From positions 45,077,576-45,141,575 of the forward strand of contig CM100125.1 of NCBI GenBank assembly GCA_046056395.1: a DNA stretch of 64,000 nucleotides. Reading direction: 5' to 3'. Shown here piece after piece: positions 26,564 through 37,657 of this stretch. This DNA comes from Mugilogobius chulae. Lineage: Eukaryota. The translations under genes were made by a program, and so were the position numbers. Each line of letters opens with the position of its first letter. The first letter of the stretch is position 1. The notes beneath the pieces were generated by a model. That model did not search any database, was not told the origin of the DNA, and worked only from the letters and a program-made list of their open reading frames with translations.

Positions 26564-28287
26564 CTAAATAGATGTCAAAATCCACATGACACAACAAATG
26601 GTAATAACACACTGGAGAGATTCTGTTTTTTGAGATTTTGCTTGTCAATGACTTCAAACTCTTTTTATTTAAAACAAGAACACTATTACACTAAACTAAT
26701 ACAAGATTAGAAAAAGCTCCATATTTCTGTAATTATTTGATCTATTCACATGCAGCAAAAATTCAATTATGTGTGTAGCAATAAGTAAATGTGACATTTC
26801 AGTTCAGTTACCTCTCAGAAAACTAAATCCAAAAGAATAACTGATGAAAGAGCCATATAAGAAAAATAATGACATGTTTGTGAAGTTTATCCCAAACTAA
26901 TGATAAGATTCTACCTATTATCCTATGTAATTCCTACTGCTAGAGCATTGCCTAAGCTGTTAGATTCAACAATAGTTCACTTTTGATATTGTGAGAGAGA
27001 TGACACTTTGCATTGACATAGATTTGTTTGAAGTGATTTTAGTTGCTTTTTTCTGTTTGTGAATGCAGTTAACGTGGGCTGAACCTGACACGTTGGAGAC
27101 CCACTGTTCCCATGTGGACGCAGCTGTACGCCTCTGCAAACTCTAACACTCAGAATATTACACATTTATCATGCACTAAACACGAGGATGAATATGACAT
27201 AAACGTTTTAGAACGAGTTTAGTGCATGTCAACATTATGCAAAGGTTAATGTAAATTTGTCTTGGAAACAATGGTATGTTGTAGCAAGCAGCACTTTAGC
27301 ATCAAGAGTTCATGAACAAAAGTAAACAGCAAACAAAACACACAGTTATGTTCAATAAATATAATGAACGACAAATGCAACTGCTCCTCATGCCCCAAGT
27401 TGAGCATTCATTTTTCAGTTAGTTAAAGGTACTCTATTCGATTTTTAAAATAAAAATACATTAAAATAATTTTCTGCCCAGCACAGATCTATTTTCAATG
27501 TAAAATTAGTCTGCATGGTCTGATTGCTCATATTGCTAGCATACTGACACATTTATATATACGAATATATATGCCCGTTAAAGACTCAAACCGTTAACAC
27601 CTCATTAAATATGCGCGCGGAGAATTAGCGCTTAATCAGCGGCGATGCGTGAACTTTTACACACGTGTTTGTGATGTTTACTTTGAAAACGTTTCACTTC
27701 CTGCAGTGTATTTAGTGAGCACTGAGCTGGTTTTAACCAGGACTATCCCAGAACTGGACCAGGTCTTATCAGGACTGAAAATGTTAGTTACCTGTGTAAC
27801 TATAGTTCTATGAGTAGCTAAAGCTTAAAACATGCTGGTTTTATAAATTTCTGTTCAGCTCTGATCCTGAAAATATCAAAACTGATGAACACTGCTAATA
27901 TTATTATGTAAAACTGAGTTTATTCATTGAACTACAAATCAGACATTTTAAATATAATTTTGTGCTAAAATTATGCATTTAAGACAAAATACACCAAAAT
28001 GTGCAGAATTGTACACTCTACAAAATGAAGAACCTTAAATATACTTAAAGAAATGATGAAAACTGGTTAAAATAGCTTATTGAACTTTAGGTGTATGATT
28101 TAGAAATTAAAAAACAACATAAAACATAATTCAATTGCAGCAACTTATAGTAATGTTTGTGGGTCTTTTCAATCAGAGAAAATAACTTGAAAATCTGGCA
28201 CAGTTAAAATAAAGACTCTTTATTTGAATTACATTTTTTTTGCTTTTATTTAATTTTGTTTTTTGCATGCAAATTGGTTTGTAACCC

Positions 28288-28722
28288 AGCTGTTGTCAGG
28301 GAAACACACAGAGATGCCAGACAGTATTTATGAGTCTTGTTCTAAAGCTAAAGAAAGCACTACTGCAGTTTCAGTATGTTTCTTTTACTCTCAAACAGAC
28401 CATACCATCTTTCATCTCCAAAAAACGCCCAGGATTAGGGAGTTAGGCGTCTACAAATTTGGTACAAAATGCCGAATTAGTTAAGGGGGATTGGGGTGTT
28501 TTAGGTGGGATTGTCAGGGAAACACACAGAGATGCCAGACAGTATTTATGAGTCGTGTTCTAAAGCTAAAGAAAGCACTACTGCTGTTTCAGTATGTTCT
28601 TTTTTACTCTCAAACAGACCATACCATCTTTCATCTCCAAAAAACGCCCAGATTAGGGAGTTGGGCGTCTACAAATTTTGGTACAAAATGTCGAATTAGT
28701 TAAGGGGGATTGGGGTGTTTAG
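28288..28722. repeat. tandem duplication of an approximately 213-bp unit (2 copies, about 95% identical), each ending in one minisatellite unit
   Basis: ttgtcagggaaacacacagagatgccagacagtatttatgagtc...caaacagaccataccatctttcatctccaaaaaacgcccag(g)attagggagtt(a/g)ggcgtctacaaattt(t)ggtacaaaatg(c/t)cgaattagttaagggggattggggtgtttt is seen twice, giving the duplicate track ORFs 28263-28484 and 28491-28703. Confidence 0.85.
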
Positions 28723-28955
28723 GTGGGGATTGGGGTGTTTTAGGTAGGGATTGGGGTGTTTTAGAAGGGATTGGGGTGTTTTAGGTTGGGATTGGGGGTG
28801 TTTTAGAAGGGGATTGGGGTGTTTTAGGTTGGGATTGGGGTGTTTTAGGTTGGGATTGGGGTGCTTTAGAAGAGGATTGGGGTGCTTTAGAAGGGGATTG
28901 GGGTGTTTTAGTTAGGGATTGGGGTGTTTTAGGTGTGGATTGGGTTGAGTTGGGA
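28700..28955 (+). repeat. G-rich 20-21-bp minisatellite (GGGATTGGGGTGTTTTAGNT)n, about 12 units, G-quadruplex-prone
   Basis: Direct reading: ggggattggggtgtttaggtggggattggggtgttttaggtagggattggggtgttttagaaggg.... It has runs of G3-G5 with 3-8 nt spacers. It sits immediately 3' of the nested ORF's stop on the minus strand, and a single upstream copy is at 28484-28503. Confidence 0.9.
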
Positions 28956-29777
28956 CATGAGGATATCTTCGTCGGAGTCATCTTCCGTCGACTCGCATCC
29001 ATCGTTCAACTGAGGCTGAATCAGGAGACGTTGTAGCCTCAAAGTCTGTTTGCTCCTCCTATTACGGTTCTTACCTTTTGGAGTTATGGGCTCCTCTTCC
29101 TGTTCCTCTATTGGAGCGACAGTCTGGAATGATGACTGTTCCCGGTAACGATATTGGTGAACTAAAGGAACTTGACTGTCTCTGCTGTATCCTCTTGAAA
29201 AATTGTTTCGTCTGAATTCATTGTTGTAATTGTAACGATAGCTGTTCCTCCTGTTCCTACTTATGGGCTCCTCTTCCTGTTCCTCTATTGGTGCTACAGT
29301 CTGGAATGATGACGGTTCCTGGTAACGATATTGGTGAAGTGCAGGAACTTGACTGTCTCTGCGGTATTCGCTTGAAAAGTTGTTTTGTCTGAATTCATTG
29401 TTGTAATGGTTGCGATTATTTCTATAATATTTGGGTCGAACTGAAGGTTCTCTTGGGAGTTCAGTGTTGTTGTTCTCGACTTTGTTTGGCTTTTCTTCTT
29501 GTCCAGTGCAAATTTTAATCTCCTGTTGTTCTATAGGAATCTCTATAGGTAAGCACTCGTCATGTTTTTCGGCGATGTTCTCAGAGTTTGTTGGCATTGA
29601 AAGTGCACTTACCTCGATTAGATTATGATGGAGTACCCTAGGCTCTCTTGAGGTACTCTGGGCCATCCTCTCGTCTTCTGTTGGGGTCTGACTGCCTGAA
29701 ATTCTAGTGTTCCAGTGTCTACCCTTTTTGGGCTGGCAGGAAACATTTCTTTTTGACTCTCGAGTCAGTTGGGGAAG
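28929..29777 (-). CDS. second open segment of the same nested locus (first ATG at 29666; 245-aa track ORF) with 60-aa tandem repeats and an acidic C-terminus
   Basis: It is in the same frame as the 315-aa ORF but separated by stops. The intervening 29773-29980 is open only in the +1 frame (IYRNYSTITESSDIPPRISQLPEPEEEPQASTTAERNDDKVSQKSTQETSEPSEPMQSDALTLNDSNFPN), which implies two compensating frameshifts or splicing. It contains 2 x 180-bp repeats (RDSQVPxxHQYRYxEQSSFQTVAPIEEQEEEPI) and ends ...ESTEDDSDEDILMSQLNPIHT*. Confidence 0.3.
   Translation of the reverse strand, partial: LPQLTRESKRNVSCQPKKGRHWNTRISGSQTPTEDERMAQSTSREPRVLHHNLIEVSALSMPTNSENIAEKHDECLPIEIPIEQQEIKICTGQEEKPNKVENNNTELPREPSVRPKYYRNNRNHYNNEFRQNNFSSEYRRDSQVPALHQYRYQEPSSFQTVAPIEEQEEEPISRNRRNSYRYNYNNEFRRNNFSRGYSRDSQVPLVHQYRYREQSSFQTVAPIEEQEEEPITPKGKNRNRRSKQTLRLQRLLIQPQLNDGCESTEDDSDEDILMSQLNPIHT
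29065..29425. repeat. tandem 180-bp (60-codon) repeat, 2 copies
   Basis: ttatgggctcctcttcctgttcctctattgg(a/t)gc(g/t)acagtctggaatgatgac(t/g)gttcc(c/t)ggtaacgatattggtgaa... occurs twice in tandem at about 90% identity. Confidence 0.8.
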
Positions 29778-29984
29778 TTAGAATCGTTCAGTGTTAGTGC
29801 ATCACTCTGCATTGGTTCAGATGGTTCAGAAGTCTCTTGTGTGGATTTTTGAGAGACCTTATCATCATTTCTTTCTGCTGTTGTGCTAGCTTGGGGCTCC
29901 TCCTCTGGTTCAGGTAATTGGCTTATTCTCGGTGGAATGTCTGAGCTTTCGGTGATAGTGGAATAGTTTCTATATATTCACAAG

Positions 29985-30932
29985 TCAATGCTTTTGAAAG
30001 GAACTCTTCATCATTTGTTTCTGGCGTTGCTTGGTTTTGATTTTCCTCCTGCTCAGGCTCCGGTGTTTGCGTTGCCTAGTTGTATAAGCTTCAACTGTTT
30101 CCTGATTTTCTGGCTTTTGATTTTCCTCATCCTGCTCCGGTGTTTGCATTGCTATAGTTTTATCACCTTCATCCTTCTCTGTCTTCTGTGGCGAAATTTT
30201 AAAGAGGGACTTCTCTACTTCTCCAAAGCTAAATGTAAAATCTGGTTTATCACCTGGGAAGCTAAAATCCCAGTGGCCTGTTTTTTTGGCTTTTGTTTTT
30301 TTTGAAACGACAGGTTGATTTACTTGTATTGGTTCACTCAGGTCTATCTGGGCAAGTCCAGGTTCAAGGAGATGGTCCTCTGGATGTACCTGAACTTGTA
30401 TCGGATGACAAAGGTCCATTTGTACAAGTTCAGATACTGGAGGCTGGACTGCTAGAAGCTCCTGAACTTGTGTTGGTTCGCACAGGTCAACTAGTGCAAG
30501 TTCAGGTGCTGAGGGATTGTCTTCCACAAGTACCTGAACTTGTTTTGGTTCACCCAGGTCTACTTGAACAAGTTCAGATACTGGGGGGTGGACTGCTGGA
30601 AGCTCCTGGACTTGTTTTGTTTCGCACAGATCAACTGGTGCAAGTTCAGGTGCTGGGGGATTGTCTTCCACAAGTATCTGAACTTGTTTTGGTTCACCCA
30701 GGTCTACTTGGACAAGTTCAGGTGCTGGGAAATATTTTGCCCGAAAAACCTGAAGAACAGTTTTTAGCCTTTCAAGAGCTGGCCACTCGTTGGTGTCGTC
30801 CAAACAGGTGGTACAGGCTCTTGTTGAAGGTGTAGACACTTCTTCAGGAGTCTCAGAGTGTTGTATTGTGGTGTTGTTAGATAACATCACTGTAGTTCCT
30901 GTAAACTTCTTTTTTCTCCTGCCCTTTGCCAT
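29985..30932 (-). CDS. hypothetical repeat-rich acidic protein (315-aa ORF) nested in man1a2 intron 1; could be a gene, pseudogene or TE-borne ORF
   Basis: ATG at 30932-30930 in context gaaATGg. The N-terminus MAKGRRKKK is basic. There are 3+ tandem 41-aa (123-bp) repeats of the form PELVQVDLGEPKQVQILVEDNPPAPELAPVDLCETKQVQELPAVHP, each built from two 20-aa half-repeats. The tail KTKAKKTGHWDFSFPGDKPDFTFSFGEVEK...QDEENQKPENQETVE is unique and acidic, followed by a stop. It is on the same strand as the host gene. No homolog recognised. Confidence 0.35.
   Translation of the reverse strand: MAKGRRKKKFTGTTVMLSNNTTIQHSETPEEVSTPSTRACTTCLDDTNEWPALERLKTVLQVFRAKYFPAPELVQVDLGEPKQVQILVEDNPPAPELAPVDLCETKQVQELPAVHPPVSELVQVDLGEPKQVQVLVEDNPSAPELALVDLCEPTQVQELLAVQPPVSELVQMDLCHPIQVQVHPEDHLLEPGLAQIDLSEPIQVNQPVVSKKTKAKKTGHWDFSFPGDKPDFTFSFGEVEKSLFKISPQKTEKDEGDKTIAMQTPEQDEENQKPENQETVEAYTTRQRKHRSLSRRKIKTKQRQKQMMKSSFQKH
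30340..30730. repeat. tandem 123-bp (41-codon) coding-phase repeat, about 3 copies, with a 60-bp sub-period
   Basis: The near-identical unit ...cacccaggtctacttgaacaagttcagatactggggggtggactgctggaagctcctggacttgttttgtttcgcacagatcaactggtgcaagttcaggtgctggggg... recurs directly. Both strands are open (track ORFs 29985-30932 minus and 30293-30835 plus). Confidence 0.8.
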
Positions 30933-31210
30933 TTCTTCTGGTCTCTAGCTATAAAGATTGTTCTCACTGGTCACGTGGGATTTGTTTCTTCGATATCTCT
31001 GCTCGTCTGTTTGCGTGTTGTCGCTTCTGTGGTCTGAGTTCAAATGACTGAGTCTTGTACGTCACACAGACTTATAGACTCTGCTCTTTGTGACATCACT
31101 TGTGCTTGACATCAAAGACATCGGAATGCTCTGTGAAATCAGAGAATTTGTATCCAAGTTCTAAATTCTAATCGTCATGACAATATAGTTTCTATGGTAA
31201 CCTACTGTAT

Positions 31211-31229
31211 AATAATAATAATAATAAAT
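31211..31229. repeat. (AAT)6 microsatellite
   Basis: aataataataataataa. Confidence 0.9.
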
Positions 31230-34200
31230 ACATTGGCTACAAATACATACTGGTCAGGTCCTTCTGATGCGTGCATATTAATGGACGACTAATCATAATA
31301 CAGTCTGGTTTAACTTGGACAATATACCACAAACGGTCGGATAATTCATTTTACAGCCAAACAAACACAACATTATCAGACGGGAAAAGACACTGCAGAC
31401 TTATTCTTACCTGAATAAAAAAAGATATTTGTGCTGAGGGAAACAGATTTTATGTTATTTTAATGCTTAAAAAATAAATAAATAGGGAAACTGATATAAA
31501 AAAGACAATTTTTTTTTTATTTTCATGTAGTAATGCCACTGTGACTAAATTGCGTACTATGACTATGATTACTTCTGTATTGCCAACTCACCTCGATAAT
31601 CGTAGCTGATGTTTGTTGTAGTCCTATAAAGAATAGAAGTCAAGGACATTGCATCATGTAAACATGATACAATGCATTAATGTCAATAAGTGAAGAATAT
31701 TGATGAAATAAAAAGGGTCATTACAACAGATCAATGCCATCGTTCACCGCAAGTCAATCTTGTTAAAAGTATTGCTGCTACAACCACAGAGAGCACCGAC
31801 TCTTAGGGAAATGATCTTTGCTTCAGTTTTTAATGAAGCCCAAACAAAAAAATGTATTCTAATCAGTTATACGAGACAAATGTATAATCCAGACTTTCCC
31901 TTTACATATTTATGTTGTGATTTTGAATGTGGGGCCAACACAGCTTCTGAGTTACACAACATTGCCCTGAAAACACCTCATAAATATTCATATACTGCAA
32001 CTCCAGCGCGTCTGACTTTAATTGATCGAAAACATATTTTTGCAACACCAAAGCTGCAATTACAGCTGTACGCAAGTGTGATAGCAGGAGTTTGAAAATG
32101 TGCATAAAATGTTTTGTTTTTGCCAAAAATTGTAACAGGATCACATCACAAAAAATGGCCAGCCCTAGTGACATCTTGAAAAAGGCGATAGTCACAGGTG
32201 TAGCTAAATACAAAGTCATTCTGGACACAAATGGGCCACTAAAAGATACTATTTCTTTGTCACTAAAAGCAATGGACTTTTTTCACTCGCGCTCACTGCT
32301 TCTTCTCATTCTGGTTTTACTCTGAGTCATTATCCAAGTAAACCCATCGCGGTGTTACCAGCAGCATCACGTCCCATATGAAGTCAGATTAGGAGCAGAT
32401 CCCAGCAGCCTGCCTCCATTACCTCCACAAAGACGTGCGTGGGCTGAGGCTAAAATGGACCCGGGCGCTTTCTGTGTCTCAACTTTTTAATATCTCAACA
32501 AATCTGGCTGAGAGTAGGGTTTTTTCCTACTACTGTACTAGACTTTTTTTTTTACTAACCACAGCCTGGAACACAATGAAAACAGACCTATGTCGAAGCA
32601 AAAGCTCAGAGATGTTCGTCCTTTTATCCAGATTCAACAATACTCAAGAAGGGGATCAAACAAAACAATCAGACTTATGTCAAAGGCTTTGATATTCACT
32701 TCATAATTGATGCTACATGAGGGTTTGCTTTTAAATCCATGCTCCAAGTCCAAAGGCAGTGCATAATAATTCAGTTAACAACAACTTGAAATAACTATTA
32801 AAGTGGCTTCTTAGCATTGATTAGATTGCACAATATTAAAGTGATTACTGCAATACTTCCAGATAAATAAAAGTAAGTATGAGTGTTGTTTGAACCAGAC
32901 TGGATTCAGTTGTTTTTAGCCAGCTGGTTTGCATTGGATTCTCGCTGTGTTTTTTGCAAATTTGACTTTGGACAACAATACTGTTGCTGTGCAGAAAATC
33001 ACAAGATGTTTCATAAATGTGGGTGAAAATGTAACTGCAAAACAGCAGCCCATACTATATGTTGGTCTACAATCAAACTATCAGAATGCAGCTAATGAAT
33101 AGACTTATAGCTTGTCATTGTGAAAAGAGTGAAATCGGAGTAAGATGAGTGTGAACAGCCACAAGGAGCAGCCCTGTGGGTTTTTCCAGACAGGTGCATC
33201 CCATGGGCAGGTGCATGTCTGTCTGTGTGTGCTGACGGTAGATTGTCATTCAAGAAGGTACATGTTTCTTTTGGACAGAGGTCATTTGAGATTATAAGCG
33301 ATACACCCCAGAATTTGCAAGAGGACCAAGATCCATTCTTTAAGCAAGTTTGATTAGATCAGTTTTCTAGTTTTTATTAATACACAAAAAATTTCAGACT
33401 TTGAAAGATATTCTGGTTTGTAAACCATATATTACTGCACTAATCAACATTGCACAGATTTATTTTGCAATATATTGTGCAGCTCTATTTATCTAGCCTT
33501 GCCGCCCCACTGTTGCCATTACATCATATCCTACATCCTCCTCCAGTGTCGTCATGGCAATGGTTGAAACTGTAACAAAGCGGGCTGGTGCTGAACATAC
33601 TTTTTAGTATTGGTTTTAGAAACATTGGGCTTCTGAGTAAAGCAGTGTAGGAAAGATGACAGGTAACCATGGCAACCAAAAAAGGGACACACTCACACAG
33701 ACAGAGGTCACCGCGAGCAAGTCGCGGCTTAATTACTTAATTTACCCATTAATGCAAAAGAGCGGGACTGCTGGGCTACTTGGCACTGCAGATAAGCGTT
33801 GAGTTAGCAGACAATAACGCTGAACTGAACATTTTATTTCACATCTCACTACACTGCTTAGCACATTACCAAACAAGCTATACATGATGCTACAGAGTAT
33901 TCTTCTCACACAGACCTGTCAGGACTGCTCTGAACAGTGCCAAACCCTGTGATGACCTGCCATTATGTGGAAATTGTTAAATTATTCAGAACTTTTTGTT
34001 GACTGTAGCTTCAAGCTGATGTGAAAAACAAACGTACATCAAAGAAGATTTTTTTTAATTATTATTACAACTGCTTAGTATTTATTGTTTGCTATCAATT
34101 ATAATTACTGATACCAGCAGATAGTGCTGGGTGATATGACGATATCATATCATGGGGACGATAGAAAAATGTCTATTGTGCCATTTCTCTTCGTTTCGAT

Positions 34201-37200
34201 TGTTTCCAACCTAATTTTATCAATTATGACAATATATACGTGCTTTGTGACATAAGTTAAAGCATAACTTCACAAAGTGTGAAGGAAGGAAGTGTGTGAC
34301 CTTAACGACAAGTGGTGGTGGGCTCAAAACAGAGCAGGTTTCTGAATCTACTGAATGAATGTAGTTTGAATTTACTGTCTCTATACATTTTCAAAACTCT
34401 TGAAATACCTGAAGTACCGCTTTAAGAAGCCCTTCTTTTGGACTGAACTGGAGAGCTCTCAGGGGAGCAGGGCTCTTGAGTTTTGAGTGTGCGAGACGAG
34501 CTGCCTCCGGCCTGACACCAGACGTCCAGAGATAAGTGTTGTGAAGAAAGGCTGAGGTGGTCGAGCAGTGCAAACTTTGCTTCTCGTCAATGAGGATTCA
34601 ATAGATTCTTAAAGTTTCAAGTATGAGAGAACATTCGCTCTGAACCTTGAGCTGATGACATATGACAGTCAGAAGAAAGCCAACAGCATTCCCCTTGGCG
34701 AAATATAGCACTTCTAACTCTCACTGACTTGACAGGTTTAGAGTAAAGCAAATTAATTTTAATACAATCCTTAGTTCTTCTGGCATGTCTAAAAGACATT
34801 ACAAACTAGTGTTGTCATGAGTCTTTATGAGGAAAAGCTCATTAGTAGACTGCATTAACACAAGAAAAATAAGCATCAAGCCATTTAAATACCAAGACAA
34901 AAGAACATCCAAGTGACAGTGGTTTAAATAGATTTTTGTTGAATTGACACAGCTGTTTTAGACATCATTATTGGTATACTCTAAAACAATATTTTTTTGC
35001 CAATGTCACACACCCTGCTACTACACAAGCCTAATCTCAGTGAAAGTGAAAACCTTGTGTTGTACACTCAGGACAAATGAATGCAGCAGAGCCACTGCAC
35101 AGGTTGAGATAGAACAAGATTGTTCCAAGACTATTCAAGTGTCGACAGCCCTGCTGCAAACATTGCAGTAAACAAAGTACACATTATCCACACAGTAAGA
35201 GCACCTGAGTCCCAGTGCTCGAGGGAAACATGCATGTTCATGCCAGTCTGTCCTACATTTGTTTCGATCCAGCTAATGGTATATCAACATATAAAACAGT
35301 GCTAGACAATGTTCAAAGCAACAATAATGGCAAACAAAACCTGGGATATGAGCTTGAACAAAAACAGCTAAAAGCTTTTTGCTGAAAGCTGCTGGCAGCT
35401 ATTTATTGAAGAAATGCATCAGGTCAATAATGGACAACACATGCTGATTTGTGGATTTCAGTGTTGTCAGTATATTGCATAATTCATATGCAGACAGATT
35501 TATTTTAACTTAAAATATTGCTGCAGAAACAAAAAAAAGTATATTTCTTCAAGCTTGTAAACTGCAGCGTCCTAAACAAGGTCTACAATAGAGAACCTGG
35601 TGACTCTGTCTTTGCATAATGGATCCATTTTACCAACAGAACCACGGGTACAACCAATAATAGCATGGAAACATTCACTAAAAGTCACCCTGACATGTTT
35701 CCTGCTGGTTCCCACTGATCCCAGTTTGATCCCAGCCTGTCCAAAACTCGCCTCTGTCACATCCACACAGGGACTGACGTTTTGAGAGAGCACCTGTGAA
35801 GCCTTTTCCGATCCTTGAGCCAATTCTCACTGCTTTCATTAGGGACACCTATGGTGTGGACACAGCTGGGGTTTTTAACACAAACATGGGATTATTTGAA
35901 ATTCAAAACTCAAACTGCAAGACTAATTGCTCATTTGGCTCAGTAAGAATGGACTTTGATCATGTTTCTTTACCTGACAGGAGGACACACACTTCAAAAC
36001 ACAAGCACAGGTGAAAATTTGTTAGGTGGTGGTTCAAACTGTCACTAGTCAACTGATGATGTATTTCTATTTCCAAGCCTTTGAGTCTTATCACAAAACC
36101 CTGTGCCACACTCATGCAAACCAATTCAAATAAGTGTCTCCATTTTCTTTGCCTCGTTTCGTGAAGCTGTCTTGTTAAAGCCGAGGCTGAGACACAGGGG
36201 AGCATACAAATGAAACTTTGAATGGCCACTTACCTGAGCAGGCCCTCAAAAACTACTTCCTTCCCTTCATCATTCATCCAAAACTGTCCTAAGAATAGCC
36301 ACAAACAGCACACTGCCTTCTCAGCATGAACAATGTCATTACACTAATATATAACTAGGCTTTTAAAAGGTTTTGTACCAGAAAGAATAGGATATGAAAG
36401 TTATTTAAGACGTCATAGCCTTTTGCATTATTGTGAAATTCTATAAAAAGTCAAACAAACGACTCTCTGCAGTGTGATGAAAGTACAATAAACAAGAGTT
36501 GTACAAATCCTGAAAAAACATTAGCTCTCATGTCAAAATCAATCACACTTGTTTCTATAGGTTTATAAGATTTATCGAGATTCATATCAAACTCACAAGT
36601 GAATGAAAATGTTCTGTTTGTTAAAAAAAAACACATTTAGATATTTTCTCAAATCGCGCAGCACAAGACTTTGGTGGAAAGAACAAACAGACCAAAAATG
36701 CTTTGTTGTTATTTTCACAAGGCTTTTATCACTGTGTTCCAATATCCTTGTTCTTGAAATTACAAAGAAATTCTTGTAAAAAAAAAAATAATAACTCAAC
36801 ATTGTTCTCAATTCTGAGTATTTGTTTTCCTTTCTTCAAAAACATTATTTATTAAGCTAACATTACGGTCAAAGTTTTGGCAAGACACAGCTTACACAAA
36901 AACGATGAAGTGGGATTACGAACACCAAGCTCACGAACCAATCTAGTTTTAGCTGCATGTTTCCACGTTATGACTCATGACTATTACAAGACAAATCAAA
37001 AATTAAATGTCATAAAGAAAAGTCGGAAATGAGACGTGTTGGATGCAGAACTGATAATGGCCGTCGTGTTAATGAGCAGATTGAATTTGATGAGAAGTCC
37101 ACTGCTGCCCGTGTCTCTGAACACCTGCGCCTGATCAAATCTCACAACACACTAATTAAATAGGACCAGCGTGAGACACATTGTACCAGGACAAGTCTGG

Positions 37201-37449
37201 ATGTGGCTATGTCTTTTATGAATTCTGATGTTGTTACATTGTGTATAACAAGGACAAACTAATTAGACAAAGCTTTTTGGATGAATTGTTTTCTATTCTG
37301 GATAATGACAAAAGTTAATCTCCTGTAATGAGGAAAGAAGTAAACAAGTGATGGCGTCACTTTTGATGTGTAAAGTCAAACATTGAATCTGTTTATCAAT
37401 GGGTGAGGTAACAATTTATCCAAATCAACAGAAAATACAAAGCTATACC

Positions 37450-37657
37450 TAGGGCTGGGCGATCTGGGCAAAAATATAATCAAGATATTTTTCTCATATT
37501 GATCAATCTCGATTTTTATTTCGATTTGACTTTGTTCCAAACTACACATTTTTACTGACAAAAAATTGGTTTTCGATCTTTTGATTCAAAACCCACCACC
37601 AAATAATTGACGATTTGTTTCGATTTGATCTCTAAATTTTTTATAATGGCCTACCCC
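37450..37657. mobile_element. short hAT-like MITE copy
   Basis: The left terminus is tAGGGCTGGGCGATCTGG and the right terminus ggcctacccc is degenerate. Flanks ctatacct and tatacctg share 7 nt, suggesting a TSD. The same TAGGGCTG(G/A)G terminus recurs at about 24385, 34126, 37992 and as ...cagcccta at 39793. These are further, mostly fragmentary family members. Confidence 0.5.

Noticed and set aside
29988-30835. Plus-strand ORFs 29988-30305 (105 aa) and 30293-30835 (180 aa)
   Set aside because: They are antisense to the tandem 123-bp repeats. Repeats with a period that is a multiple of 3 keep both strands open. The minus strand has the ATG with Kozak context and unique termini.
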